Positions 14,907 to 28,200 of a DNA stretch of 64,000 bases are shown in pieces. Origin of the DNA: Marsupella aquatica (lineage: Eukaryota; Plantae; Marchantiophyta); assembly GCA_973895155.1 (NCBI GenBank), contig OZ316891.1, positions 13,919,037 to 13,983,036 on the forward strand. Direction: 5' to 3'. The notes beneath the pieces are model-generated. The model had not been told where the DNA came from. It did no database searches and worked only from the letters and a program-made list of their open reading frames with translations. Position 1 is the stretch's first letter. The number at the start of each line of letters is the position of its first letter. The translations under genes and the position numbers were made by a program.

Positions 14907-16206
14907 TTAAAACAAAGTTGGGTGCAGAGACCCATCCATATCACACAAGGGTCTAAAGTCACCCAGGCAAAAAACATAAACAGGGCCCGGCATCCAAGCC
15001 ATCCGAGATAAATCATTACATCGTGCAGTAACAGTAGGAGAGCTGAAGAACATGTGCTTTGTGTGCTCAAATTGAGTCTTACACTTAGCACCTAAGCCAT
15101 CCGAAATGCCCCAGTGACTAGCCTTGCCATTGGTGAAGAATCCATGATTCAAAAGTCGCCACAAAAAGAATCTCACCTTGGGGAAAGACCAGCCTCCCCA
15201 GATTTTCTTCCAGTTCTGCTGCCAGCGCTGTGATGTACTAACCTGGCCCCAACGCCTGTTCAGCTTAGTGACATCAATCTCCATGGTTAAGTTGCATTGG
15301 CTCCAAATCCTAGTGGAGAATAACCAGCCTCCATTCCCCCCCCACCAATCCCATTGCCAGCCGGCACAGTCCTGCAGCTCAACCATGGTGATTTCTGAAA
15401 AGAGTTTTAGTTTACTATAGAAAGTTTTGAAAATTTCCGTTACCAATCCCCCTAGTGCTGCGGGTCCGAGTACAGATCTCATCTTCCGGGATCCACCGGC
15501 CAAGCGGAGACCTGAGATCAAGGAGTGTCGTAATTCTAAAATTAGCCATAAACCTTGTCAGGTCAGTACCTGCTGCGCCGAGGTCGGGGTGTTGCGTAGG
15601 TACAGTGGCACAACTTGTTCAATAGAGAGATGGAATGGAAGCTTTCCCTCTCCAAAATTGAATTAAGGTGGCTACTCACATTGCTCCAACCCTTAAGCAA
15701 GCCCCGCAGTGTAGGGGAGCCCTAGACCTTCAGCTCATCACCCAAAAGCAAGGCTTCAGTTATATTCCACCTAAGTCTTTGCTCCTTCTTGCCTGGTCTG
15801 GAATTGAGGCCCTTCTTAATGATCTCTTGTGCCATTTTCACCCATTCCCTGTCCGCACCAGTGATGAGTTCAGAGATATGCCTCGTCTTTAGGGACTCGG
15901 CCTGTTCTTCAAAGGGCTGTATCCCCAACCCCCCTCTGGTGTGGCAATCACCTTCCAAGCAATTAGTGCTTTCTTGTACCCATTGTTTTGTGAAGGACCC
16001 CATAGGAAGCAATGACAGATTTTTTCCATCTCCAGAAAGCTATTCTTGTATAGCGCCAACATCATAAGGTGATAGGTCGGGATTGACCTCAGGACGTGCT
16101 TCATCAGAATAGCTCTCCCGCCAATGGTCAGAGTCCGGTTAGTCCAATGGCCCAGCCGACAGCGCAATTTCCCGACAAGGAAAGCTGCTTCATGTGATGG
16201 GCACAC
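14907..16206 (-). mobile_element. Degraded non-LTR retrotransposon (L1-type LINE) ORF2 fragment: RT C-terminal region plus zf-RVT
   Basis: Frameshifted ORF pieces LVGKLRCRLGHWTNRTLTIGGRAILMKHVLRSIPTY...CFLWG...ALIAWKVIATP/GGLGI and WKKIWGGWSFPKVRFFLWRLLNHGFFT...CKTQFEHTKHMFF are typical plant LINE motifs. Confidence 0.85.
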
Positions 16207-19018
16207 CTTGAGATGGTTGACTCCTTACTAGGTTAGTTGTTGGGTTTCTAAGATCTCAATCTAAGGGGTCACATGTTTGAGGAGAGGAAAATTGTCAATG
16301 TGAAAGAAAGATGTCAAGGCAAGGTAAAGATGTTAAGAAGAGAAACATATAAAGATTAGAAAAAGATGTCAAGATAAGGAAAGACCTACAGGCAAAGAAA
16401 AGATCTAAAGGCAAGACAAACATATATAAACTTTGCAATGTAGTTGTTTGAGACATGTTATATGTGATATTACCCATGTAGTTGTTATGGTAATGTTCAA
16501 TAACCCGTGCATTGCACATAAAAATTAATAACCAAGATAGTGGTTATATATATTTTAAAATTTTTGAGAAAGAAAAAATTTATATATTTTATTTATATGC
16601 AATTGTTTTAACAATGTTTAAATTTCAATTTTTTAAAATTAATTAATTAATCTCGGGCAGGTGATGGTAAGCTAAAGGGTAGTTTGGGTAGATATTTATT
16701 ACGGACCCCCATGAGAGGTCCCTTGCAAATTCCCTACCACGAGGTTGCACCACATCAGCATAATCAGCCACAAACAGGAAAGATCATATTTTTGATAGTA
16801 ACAAAAGCACCCATTCATGTTTGTGGCAAAAACAACATAATTTTTGGGGCGCCATGTAAATATTAAGTGTAAAAAAATAGAATACAAAGAAAGAGATGTC
16901 ATTTTTTCACTGTAAGTGTATTAATTACCTTTCCAGTGACTATTTTTAAATTGTTTATTGTGTAAGTAAGTAATTAGTTAGATAACTACCTCTAAAGTAA
17001 TGTAAGTAACGGCTCATACCTGATCTCCTCTTTCTTTCGATGTGAGAGATACCAACAAGAGATGATTGTGGATAGGGTACTGCCATTCTATCACATTGCA
17101 TCCAAGATACGGAGGAACGATCTTTAGTTGAGTTTTGAGTTTGAGTTTGAGTTGTGAGGTGAATGGTGGATACCGTATGATTGTGTAATTTGAGCACACT
17201 TAAAGAACCATCACCGACTCAAGAAATGCAACATCAGAAAATGCCCACCTCCCTTTCTCGATGAAGAGATGTCACAATCCTGTCACTATCACAAACTTAG
17301 CCGTTGCAAATTGATTTCTTTGATTACGGCGCCATTGCTTGCTTCCTGACTTGAATTGTTGGTGTCCCTCCAGGTTTCAACTGAAGCTCACTCTGAATTG
17401 ACGCCAAATGCAACCTCTATGTCGAAGAAACAATCGTTGGTCTCCCCCTCACACCATAGCTTTCTTAAATTAAAAAAACTACAAAATCTGTGGTGGCTCG
17501 TCCGTTTCGTGTGTTCTTCCCACCAAAACGACAAGCACTCTTCCGCCAACAACTGAGTGCTGTCCTCAGGTGTCTTGTGGCAGTAATGCTCAATGTACTC
17601 ACAAATGATCAATCAGGAGTGGTCAAAACACTATTTCTTCAATGTGTAAGCGGAAACCGTAAAAAAATTCAATTCCTCCACATTCAACTTTTCGTTTGAT
17701 AAACCAAAGAGATCATCTCAACCAGATCAGTCTCCTCTATCTTTTGAGCGATCTCTTTTGTACAAACACACACCAAGACCATCGGGAGACTCAAAACCAT
17801 CGGTTACTGCCTTGCTGAAAATTGATTTCATTTCATCACACACACATTCCTTGGATGAACATGGAGGTCCACGGATTAATTTTAGATGAAATGTATAGAT
17901 AGATATGATTGTGTTATAAAAACAATATTTTGATGAAGTATCATAGTAGGTTCTTGTTTTCCATTTTGCTTAGTAAATAGTTCACACCAAACATAATTCA
18001 CTTTTGTCTTATTTCTCACTTTTTAAAGATTTTTATTTATTTTTTCATCCTAGAGAGTACTCAAATTTGAATGAGTAACACTACATGTTTTGATGCAATC
18101 TTATATTATAACTTTTGAATGTAACTAATAATCAAAACCTGCTTATGTTAGAGATGCTCTACATTATATTACATACATAAAATAAAAAAGTACAAGACTT
18201 TTCCGTTTACTTTTTGGTAATGGACCTATCCAAATCTTCGAATGTGCAGTAAGACTCCATAAATGCACTGACAAGAGGAAAATCACATTTTGCTCTTTCT
18301 CTGTTTGCTGCTGTGCACTGACAAGACAACAGGAAATTTAATTAAGCTGCACTAGCGCGTTCAGAAACTGTACTTTAACTGCAGAGTCGTGGCCGAGTGG
18401 TCTGGTTGAGTTAGGGAGTAAGTTGGCTCCCACGTCAGTTCAAAAACGTGGAAAAAAGGCGGGTAGAAGAAGGAAGCCGGTCTCTTCAGTAGTAATGCGA
18501 ACAATCGATACTAACAAGGTATAAGTTGGTGACATTCGATATATCACTCTGTTTTCGGAACGAATTCCACAAACGCTGCTTCATGCTGTCGTATCAGATT
18601 TCCAGAATTACGTCGCTCCCATGTTTGTCTTGGACTGGTGAGCTCATGCCTCTCGTTCTTCTCACCGAACTCCCCATCGATATGACATGGGTCGTGGAGA
18701 ATTGTCTCGCCTGATCGAGAAGCTCGAATTCCACTGTGTAGCCTGCGAAGTGTGTTTGTTGTACGAGGAGGTACAGGTCGGAGCAGTGCTGGTACCGGTA
18801 GAAGGATTTCATTTCGGAAGGAGGAAGAAGGTTTGGCAGGATCGACGAACTGGGGTTTGGTGACTCGGTGTCGAAACAGAGACGACCTTTCTCCAGCGTT
18901 ATTGTAGAAGTCTTTCCGTTTGCAGAGTTCCGATTCAGAAGGTATTGCGTTCGACTAGGCCCGATCTTGCGGTACTGAAAAGCTGTCAGTGGCTATCATT
19001 CAAGTCTTCGCACGCAGA

Positions 19019-21535
19019 ATGGCTTCCGAACAAGGCAAGAAACCTGTATCGAAGGAGCAGCTTCTGAGCTTTCTTGAGACGATGACGACAGTCTTTGAAC
19101 AGTCAGGTATGTCCGCATTGTTTCTGTGTTTATGTTGAGTCGATTAAAATCACCCACCTACATTGTTCGACACTTCTTCTTTGGAATAGTGCTGGAGAGT
19201 GATGAGCTTGTGTTTTAGAAGACTGGTACTCACCGAACTTCTTGTAACCGAATTTTCGAAGCTCTGTCATTTCTAAGTCGTTGGTAGATCGTTTCACAGA
19301 TCACTGAGTTCTATCAGTCATCAATATTCCAGTCGAGTCGAACATGAATTCATGTACATAGAAACGACCGAATTTCGCTCCTAGCGGCCTCTGTAAGCCA
19401 ATGAAAGCATGTCTGAAACAATTTGGACGCCCAGGTCTTCGGATTAGGTGCTAGTTTTTTCTTGGACGGCCATATTCTGATCGAGGAAAAACTACTGCAA
19501 TCCAGCGAACCGGCAATAATTGAGTTTTGTATCGATTGTTGGCCTGGTGAGTTTGGGGTTAATATTAATTGGTGATGTCGTTGATCCAGAGGCCAAGAGG
19601 CGTGTGGCGGATGCCGCAAACGCAGGAGTAAGTACTCGGTCTTGTCATTGTCAATTCTTGTCATCAGTCGTTGTTTTGTTACAGTTCATGATCCCGAAGC
19701 TTGCAATACAAGCAAGTGATGCTTGAAATGTTTCATGGAGCAAACAGAACGCTGTCGCTGTCAGCACCGACATCCAACGGGAAGTCTTCATCAATATGGG
19801 CATAGGTAGACTTTGTTCCAATATTATCTGCCAAAGACGTTGCAATTACCATTTTTGACAGTCAAACAAAGATCGTTTACAGCACTTTTGATGTTGAATG
19901 GGATTGCGGAACACAAGTCGTGGCATGGGCAACCGGTAGTACTTCCATTGCATGGTTCGCATCAATGCGTAAGTTCCAGTATTGCAGCAATTGAGCTGTA
20001 CAGCACGAGAACCACGTTTGTCTTAGCTTAATATGATCAGCCACAGTTGCCGGTTGCAGACCCTCAAGTTGGACTCGACTCTTTGGCAAATGTGAGAGCT
20101 CTTTATCACGATGATAGGGAATGCATACTGAAGCATCTGGAGTTTATTCAGAGGTACGATTTCTGGATCGAGCAATCACTTTTTTATTGTCTCTGCAAGA
20201 CTTCAAATTTACTAGCCGTGTTACAAGTTTCAGGTCGAATTGATCGGTAGGTAGTGTTTCCTCTTGGTTCAGGTTCTCCTATTCCAGTCTAGCGTCGCCT
20301 ATCGGTACACGTAAGATTAGGTCGGGTTATTAAATCCGTATTTCGTATGTCAAGATTTCCTCGTTAATTTCTGCTCAAAACAAACTCTCTAATCGAACTG
20401 GTTGTGAGTAACTGCAAGATTTCGAGGTCTGAGATTTCAGTGTCGTTTTCCCAGAGAGAAATCAGCGCGGGAACTGGCAGAATTGGGTCAAGAGGCATTT
20501 AAAGAGAAGAGGCAACAGACCAAGCAGGTGGAAGAGCAGGTTTGCCCATAATTTTTTGTTTTCCCAGTTCAGCTGGCCCAAATTTCTACTCCGTGGAAGG
20601 GAATTTTTGCTGGGCGTGCTTCTTTCTTCTATGTGCTACACACTAAGACTGTGGCCTTGGGTGCTTCCTGGAATCTCAAGGAGAACTGTTGTTTCCTGTA
20701 ACGTACCACTCGCGATACGTTAGTCGCTGCACCTAGCTGCTAGATAACTTGCTGAAGAGGATGAGGAAAATGTCGGGGACAAGCTCGCTGGCTTTAGACC
20801 ATTGTTGCAATCACAAGTGGTCCAGTGGCGAATCGGTCGGTGTTTCAAATCGCTGTGTAGCAGGCTTAGTGTCCCTCTGTGCGGTGCCCAGTTTTGTTTC
20901 TACCGCTCGTAGAATAAGAATCCGCTAACCACAAAGTGAAGCAAAGAGATGAGGTGCCCTCGACCTGTACAGCAGATTCATTTTAGATCGTTGGGTCACT
21001 GATTCGTGATATTTGGAAATGCTGAACAGCAATTGAAGTTGCTACATCAACTAAGGAAATTACCAACCGATGTGCAAGAGGGCTTTCTGCAGGGTGTAAG
21101 TGTCCAAATTTGTGGTTTGTGATTTGCAGCTTCGAATGTCAGTCGTTATGTTGCAGATTGCCCCTGAAGGGTTGCTGGTTTTGGACTCATTCAATCGTGT
21201 TTTTGCAGCTGTCGAGTAAAGCTCAAGGAATTTCGGCATCTTCGTTTTTCAATTTTGGTGTGTTTGGCGAAGATATCTCACTCTACTCTGCAGTGATTTG
21301 GAGCCCCGGTTTACCTTTTTCCCTGTTTCGGTTTAAGATTGTCTAGTAGCTCTTGAGAGAAATCGGTAACCTCGTCACAATGGCAAGGAACTCCCAGATT
21401 GGCTAATTTCCCAAGTGTCTTCCCTCTTTTTGACAAAATTTCTTCTTGCATCAATCATATTGTCTGTCTAAGCTTTTGGTCAACATTGGCTGTCGTGCAG
21501 TTCCAACAGAAGAGGCTGCGCCTTCCAAGGGATAA
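19019..21535 (+). CDS. Conserved plant uncharacterised protein, 170 aa, 8 exons (possibly protein C10/C12orf57-like family)
   Basis: Phase-consistent GT-AG exons 19019-19106, 19590-19627, 19748-19805, 20060-20153, 20455-20539, 21030-21095, 21209-21257 and 21501-21535 (513 nt): MASEQGKKPVSKEQLLSFLETMTTVFEQSEAKRRVADAANAGNAVAVSTDIQREVFINMGIDPQVGLDSLANVRALYHDDRECILKHLEFIQREKSARELAELGQEAFKEKRQQTKQVEEQQLKLLHQLRKLPTDVQEGFLQGLSSKAQGISASSFFNFVPTEEAAPSKG*. The last two exons and the family assignment are less certain. Confidence 0.8.
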
Positions 21536-23062
21536 TGTTAGATCTTTTGGATGTGTAATCCCGAGCAGCAAGGATTGCAAATTCTTCCCAAATTTTGGAA
21601 AAGTTAACTTAATTTGACGAGGTGATCCTTGTCTTTCCGCTTTGAACTTTGGTACCACGAGAATGTTGGCAAGCTTAGACGAGAGACCAGATTGATGGCG
21701 AATTTGCATTTGAAACAAGAATGGTACAAGCGTGAGAACAGTTTAAGGATACAAATCACTTGGCTATCCATATGCAGCAAGCGAACCGGCTGTTGTGTGT
21801 TCTTGAGAATTCTCATAAAGGCTGGATGATTTGTTTTGTATTTTGTGCTTGAGATCTCTCGCATTTTACGAGTAATTGGATATTTTATTTTGCTGTGCTA
21901 ATTGTGCGAGTGTTGTTGTCAACATCCCTTTTGAAAATCTCCTTTTGGAGATTCCACCATCTGGAGCAGTCTTCAATTTGGAGTCTAAGCAGCTCTTGCT
22001 TTGACCGAGTGTTTGTGTTGGTTTCCTCCTCGGAGCAAAATTTCTGCATTTCTCAGCCAGCATGCAATTTTGCATTCGTGATTTTCACGAAGGGTGTAGT
22101 CTACATTAGTTGTATCTTGATTGTATCCGATCGATGGACTTCTTATCAATCCCCCCGGCATCCGCCAGCATCAATCAATAGGTTAGTTATTATGACAATC
22201 ATGAACAGCGCCAGACTGGAACCTTCAAACACGTATTACTAATCTGAGAATATAATTGGCACTAAATTCTTGTCTCGTGTTGGACTTATTGGATCGTTCA
22301 AAGCAATTGAAGAACTCTTATTAGAATGTCTAATGCAATTGCACGTCGTAAAATTCTAGTTTTGTTGGTCTTGCAAGGAAGTGTATTATTCACAAAAGTT
22401 GAAGTTGGTTAATTTCGGATGGGTTTTTGTAGCTAGAAAGTCAACTAAACAATCATCATTTATTTGAAAACAGCAAAATCTTGGTCGCTTTAGTTTTTCT
22501 CACAAACCCTTCTTGCATACTTCACAAATACGTACTGAAAATCTTTCTTCAGTGCGCATAGACTCTTGGTTTCAACCATTCTCGTGAACTGGCGCTTTTA
22601 TTGCAACTTAGTGGAGTAAAGTTTCGAAGGAAGAGCGTCGTGCTGGTTCCAGACATTGGCGGTTCATGAATGTCCATTCTTTCGTATCAATTCGCGAATC
22701 ATAATCATAGAAGAGATATTCCCTGCTGCAAGTGTTCCTTCAAATTTTGTCTTCTACTTTTAGATCGTCAGTCACCCTCTAACGAAAGTCTATTTTGAAA
22801 TTACCTATATCGATTTCGAGGACGATAATATCTTACACAAATGCAATTTAAACAACAGTCCACTGTGAAGCGCGATCCTAACTCTAAATATCAATGAAGT
22901 GCTACAGTCAATGATCATATCACATTGCTTCGCAGACGAGTTTATAGGGTGGAGACAAAATCAATAGTGACCCTGATTCTTGATCATTGGGACCTTCCTG
23001 TATTCTCCAAAGTCACGGGTATATCAATTGAGTGCATGCTGTACTAGAAATCGATTTTTTGC

Positions 23063-24965
23063 CTAACTACCTGAAATGATTGATGCAAAACTCAGACCCA
23101 TTGCTTCCTTTGCTGGCTTATCGAAAGCATCCTCTCCTATGTAAAGGTCGAACAGAGCTTGGCAAAGTAGAGAGCTTTGGATACTCCCAATCTCCTGTCC
23201 ATCAACTACACACCAAACTGGCAGTTTAGGAAAGAATCTCCTTTTGCGTGGAAACCGTACATCCAAATGAGCTTCTTGAGGATGACGAAGAAATGCGACC
23301 CAATACAGTTCAAAAAGCTCCACAAAATGCAACCTTCTTCAATCTAAGTTCTTTGACAATGGAGATAGCAGACAGAGGTCTGGAGTTACGCACTTTTTGT
23401 CTGCAGAACCTGACCAGGAAGTCTGGTAATGTCGATGGTGGTACCCTTGGGTAGCATCAAATCGTCTGTGAATATACTAGTGAATCTGTCCAAATTTCAT
23501 AGTTTAGTCGACTCTACACTGAAATCATGACATTTTAAACTACTGAAATACTCTCTTCAATGAAGCTATCATAAGCTCACATATTCCTTCACTCATTGGA
23601 CGAACAGACTTCAATTTGTTAAGCTCACACTATCCGCACATATTACAGACATCACACCTGCAATAATGAGTATCTCATAATGTTATGGGAGACTCCCTAA
23701 TCAGTTGATTCTTAGATACATCTCGCTCCCCTCTTGATTGTCTTCTTTTTCGTCCCGTCTCTATTTGTAGGAGTTAAAATGACTAGTAGGTTTTAATCTG
23801 TCAGAACTAATTTACGGACAAAGAAGCCTTACTATGAGGAGATGATTTGTTGGCAGAGTGAAAAGAAAGTCGGTACCTTCCAAGAAGTTCTTTGTTATCA
23901 TGACCGCTGAATTTCTTAAGACCCTTCCCAACTGATTGCTCAAAAGCGCTACGAATGCTTCCAATCTTCAACTTTCCATAAACGATAACAAGGCGAACAG
24001 TCAGCCCAATATCGGATTTGGTGATATCAGCAAAAAGCTCCTCCTCGGTGCTAAGCTCTGCTGTTGGAAAGCCCTCGTATTTCGAACTTAGGATTGACTT
24101 GATGCTGTCTGGGTCAGCATATAACCCTGCATCAAATTCTCCAGAGTGAGCTATCAAGCAGATCTACTAAGTAGGTCACCAAATGCAGCATGACAATCTC
24201 ATCTGATTCACACACGTCCTTGTCAAATAGTGATCTTAAATTTATTCCTCTGACTCCCATGCCCAAATGTAGACAAAGAAGTGACCTGAACTTCGAGTTC
24301 TAGTTTAAACGAGACGAAAAATCCCCAGTAAAAGTAAGCGATCTGTACGATTTTACCTATAATGCAATCCCATTTTAATGTTCACGGAATTAAACTACGG
24401 TCTATATAGCCAATGAGTAATCGCCTGTGAAGCAACTGTTTGACCCCTCGGAATGAGCACAGAGGAAGCACGGGAAGAGGACCGGCAATGACGGCTCAGT
24501 AAAGAAGAGTGAGTTCCCGATGATTCCAAAGTAAAAGAACGTACCATACGCATAAACAGTTATGCTCTTCAGGCCTAAAATGTTCTTCTTTCGCAATCCG
24601 ATTCCAGTGAGTTGCTGCCCCTCAGGTGATACCCCAGGAAAAACCACGCCCGTTTTGGGTTCTACTGAATCCTCTACCGGGGCAGCTAAGGAAAGAGAGG
24701 CAAACAACGAAGGGACAAAGTTCGAATTGGATGGTCGGCCGTGCAGATCCATGAGCCCATCCAGTACGATTTTCCCTAAGAGGGCCCTCTCCTCTGCGAA
24801 AGTAGAAGACGCCTTCGAAACCATGAACGAAATCCCCACAGTCAGAGCAGATGTCGCTCCCAGCGCTTTCCATTGCTGCCTACTGCCAAAATGTGTGGAA
24901 AGGGACCTCGAAAACGAGGAAAAGAAGTGGCCCTGAAGAAATGCAGGGGTCCCCGACATCGCCAT
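23063..24965 (-). CDS. FAP1: Chalcone-isomerase-fold fatty-acid-binding protein (FAP1-like) with putative organellar transit peptide, ~301 aa
   Basis: Exons 24965-24545, 24126-23877, 23485-23394 and 23205-23063 are phase-consistent. Motifs: VEPKTGVVFP, LTGIGLRKKNILGLKSITVYAYGLYAD, VRLVIVYGKLKIGSIRSAFEQSVG, IGSIQSSLLCQALFDLYIGEDAFD. The start Met is inferred. Confidence 0.9.
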
Positions 24966-25686
24966 GGATGAGTGGGTACGATGGTAGGACAATCTGCTAG
25001 TGTAACCTCTTCCTCCAACGCAAGCTAATTGTAGAAAGCTCGACCCGCCATTCGAAGTCCTCCCGCATGCAAAACAACAGAAAAACGGGACTATGATTGA
25101 GGACCCTGTCCCCAACGAATGCAACAGCCCGGCGGCAGGAACAACACCAAGATGGATTCTGCCTCAATGACTCTGCATTCTGTTTGAATTCGCACCTCAA
25201 TATCCCTACACGTCCATGGCTGAGGTTGCTCGGTACATCACGTACTACTTGTTAGGCACGCAACACGGTACTCAATTTCAATGGACTCCTCATTCCCCAG
25301 CCGGTCCTCTGTAGTTCATGATTACGCAAAGCTATATAACAGAGAACGCATCAAAGCGGCAGCAGAGGAGAAGACGACTCCGAACGAATGGGAACACCAC
25401 AAACGTAATAATAGAGACACTTGGCAGTTAAGGCACAAAAGGCAGAAAAACGGATCACATGATATCTGAGTACTTAGTTAATCCTCGAATTTGAGCCATC
25501 TTTTCGAAACGGAGGCTACACTTGAAGGGTGAACTTGGGTTAACTTAGTGTGTATTACCAAATGCAATTCTAGCATAATGGAAATATGTTTCTTCTATAA
25601 ATATAATAATTCAATAGTATGCTTCATCCAGATATTACTAATTTATTTTACTTTATAAACAATGCATACTTAAGAATAGTGCATAA

Positions 25687-25995
25687 TTTTTTAATTTTTT
25701 TTGTCTTGAACGGAAATGGGGAGGAAATACAATTAGACTCCCCCCATCCTAATGTGACAGTTTTTCTGTAGGGAACCCAGACCAGGGTGAGCCCCACACC
25801 AGGAAGGAGAGAGGATTAAATCAGGGCCACAAAGTGGACGACCAGGGGCCGAGCAGATAATCAGAACTCCAATCCACTACGCACAAAACACATCCTACCC
25901 ACACACATATACCCTCCACACCCTAGTGTGTGGAGAGGGGATTGAAAATGGGACCTCTCACTTCCAGGCAAATCCCCTAACCAATTGACCTAAGC
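25687..25995 (-). mobile_element. tRNA-derived SINE with A-rich tail and ~20-bp TSD
   Basis: The minus strand begins GCTTAGGTCAATTGGTTAGG (A-box-like), then GGTCCCATTTTCAATCCC (degenerate B-box), and ends in an A-rich tail. It is flanked by TACTTAAGAATAGTGCATAA (25667-25686) and TACTTAAGAATACTTCATAA (25996-26015). Confidence 0.75.
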
Positions 25996-27929
25996 TACTT
26001 AAGAATACTTCATAAATTTGAGTTTATCATATTTTCTTTTCTTCTTATCTTTAAAAATATTTATTATTATTTTGTCAAAAATACTTATAGTGGATTGCAG
26101 ATGAATATTACAGCCGTTTTGGTAGTTTGACACTCAATGGGCTACAGAATTCTGAATTGAGTTGAATACCCTTAGTGAGTCTGAAGTGTCATGGGGGTGG
26201 AAGGTACAGGGTTCGAAATGGAGATGCTAGTCTTTTACAAAGAGCCAGACTTTAGGCATGGGGACTTTAATGTGAGGCTAATCTTGTAACTTGGAAGACA
26301 CTAAAGAAGTGGATTCATTTAAAAATAAAAGAAAACGCTTGAGGGGGTTCTGTCTATATTTAAAAATGTGGGGAAAACAAAACATAGACCCTCCTGAAGC
26401 AAATTAAAACTTGAAGTGTTTGTTTCTGAAAATAGCACTCCTGAGCAGGTCAGGTGGAGTGGCTAAGGGTAATAAAAAGAAATACATTGGGCAGACCAAA
26501 GATTAAGATATAGCACTTAGGTTTCTAATCATTCTTATGGGTAACAAATATTGACTAACACTGCTTTTTCATGGAGTACCAATTGGCTAATAATAGTTCC
26601 TCTATACAAGACTATAACATAAATGGTAAATTCAAACACAAGTTCACAGAAAAATGAAAACATAAGATGAAGGTTGACTACTTTACAAGCTGGAGTTTCC
26701 CCTTGATGAATCCTTCAAACTGCCCTCTCCTCATCATCTTTGCCCTTTCTCTGTTTATTGGTACTTGATGGAAATCACATATTGGGAAAGCCTCTATATA
26801 TTGGGAAATCAGTAACATAAACTAGTTGTCAATTTGCTTTTCTGTAACTAAAGGCTTGGGAAGTAGGGGTTGGTTAAATTTTGTGTCTACCCTAAGCCCA
26901 TGGCTTGTCTCTATTCACGCCTTGCATCCAGTTCTTACACTTGCACTCTTTGCATCCACAACCTTTTTGTAATGATACACTTTTGGAAATGAAAATATTT
27001 CTGTCGCAAAATACATTTGTGCAACACACAGGACTGAGCTAGTCCAAGCATAAAAGGTGGCAACAAAGTAATTAAGCTAAAAAGAATCAGAAAGTATACA
27101 ATTAGATAAAAAAGAGGCTACTATGATATCAAAAGATCCCAATAGTCTTTCTTCCAGGGGTGTCAGCAACCTGCCACATGGCCCAGGCTGATAGACCCCC
27201 TATAGTATCTGCCACGTGGCCCAGCCTACATAGTCCCAAAGTAGACTCTCTACAGTGACCACTCTATGAATACACACTCCACAAGTGCAAAACCTGGATA
27301 AATTGCAAGGTGTCCCATCCTTCCCTTTTTGAGGGGACCATTTTCCACTTTTTGAAAGAACAAAGAGGGCTGCATGAAGAAAATTTAGAAGTGAAAACCC
27401 TCTGTAACGTGCACACCTCTGGGTAAAGGCACAGCTCCTTCCAAATTTACATATTGATAAGTGCATGTAATTCTAATGGAGAGTAAACTGTGCGCTTATC
27501 AGGTAAGGGACCACTCTTAGGGCAGGGATGTACGATTTAAGAAGAAGCCAGAAGAGTGTAAACTGACAGAGGGTCTTGAGGCACAGTAATGTAACCATAC
27601 ACTCTTATTGGTAGATGCAAGTTCCAAGTGTTTGCACTTATGATGTAATGAAAACCCTCTGTAAGTGCACATTTCAGACTTCATTACAAATGCGTGCACT
27701 TATAGAGAGGTCACATACCTCTGCCTCTCATGTAGTGGACTTGGTTTAGTGATCACTACGTGTTAAATCTACACCTATCATATTGCCACAACACAAATCT
27801 ACACCTATCCTATTGCCACAACACAAACGAGGACACACATTCATTTGAACCACTTTCCAGTTTCCTGCCCAGTCCGGTTATATTTTGTTGCTCAGTAATG
27901 TTTTAGTTTGTTCACAATTGCTGGGGACC

Positions 27930-28200
27930 CTTTAGCTTACTTGGCTTTTTGGTCATCTTGAGGATTTTTCCTTGTTCCCCACATTTATTGGGTCTGTGGC
28001 TTTTGGGATAGTGTCTCTGGGTTTGGATCTTGATTCTAGGTTTGATGCTTTTTGTTCTTTGGCATTGTTATGTGTATCACTATATCACAGTGCCAAAAGA
28101 CAAAAAATGCCAAACCGGGAGACATGATCCCAAAAGCAAAGCAACCCAAAGTAGGGGAGGAAAAGAGGGGAAAAGGCCTCCTTGGTTTCCATATTGTAAA
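27930..28200. repeat. Imperfect inverted pair of a dispersed repeat family (related copies at ~10100-10160 and ~63050-63160)
   Basis: The reverse complement of the left arm, GAGACACTATCCCAAAAGCCACAGACCCAATAAATGTGGGGA, resembles the right arm GAGACATGATCCCAAAAGCAAAGCAACCCAAAGTAGGGGA and GAGACAGTATCTCAAAGCAAGAGACCCACTAAAGTGGAGA at ~63072. Confidence 0.55.

Noticed and set aside
18385-18450. GAGTCGTGGCCGAGTGGT resembling a tRNA-Ser 5' end/A-box
   Set aside because: No anticodon arm, canonical T-loop or acceptor-stem complement follows.
24966-25124. Longer FAP1 N-terminus from the ORF track (MHSLGTG...)
   Set aside because: It starts at a non-ATG codon; the first in-frame ATG is at 24965.
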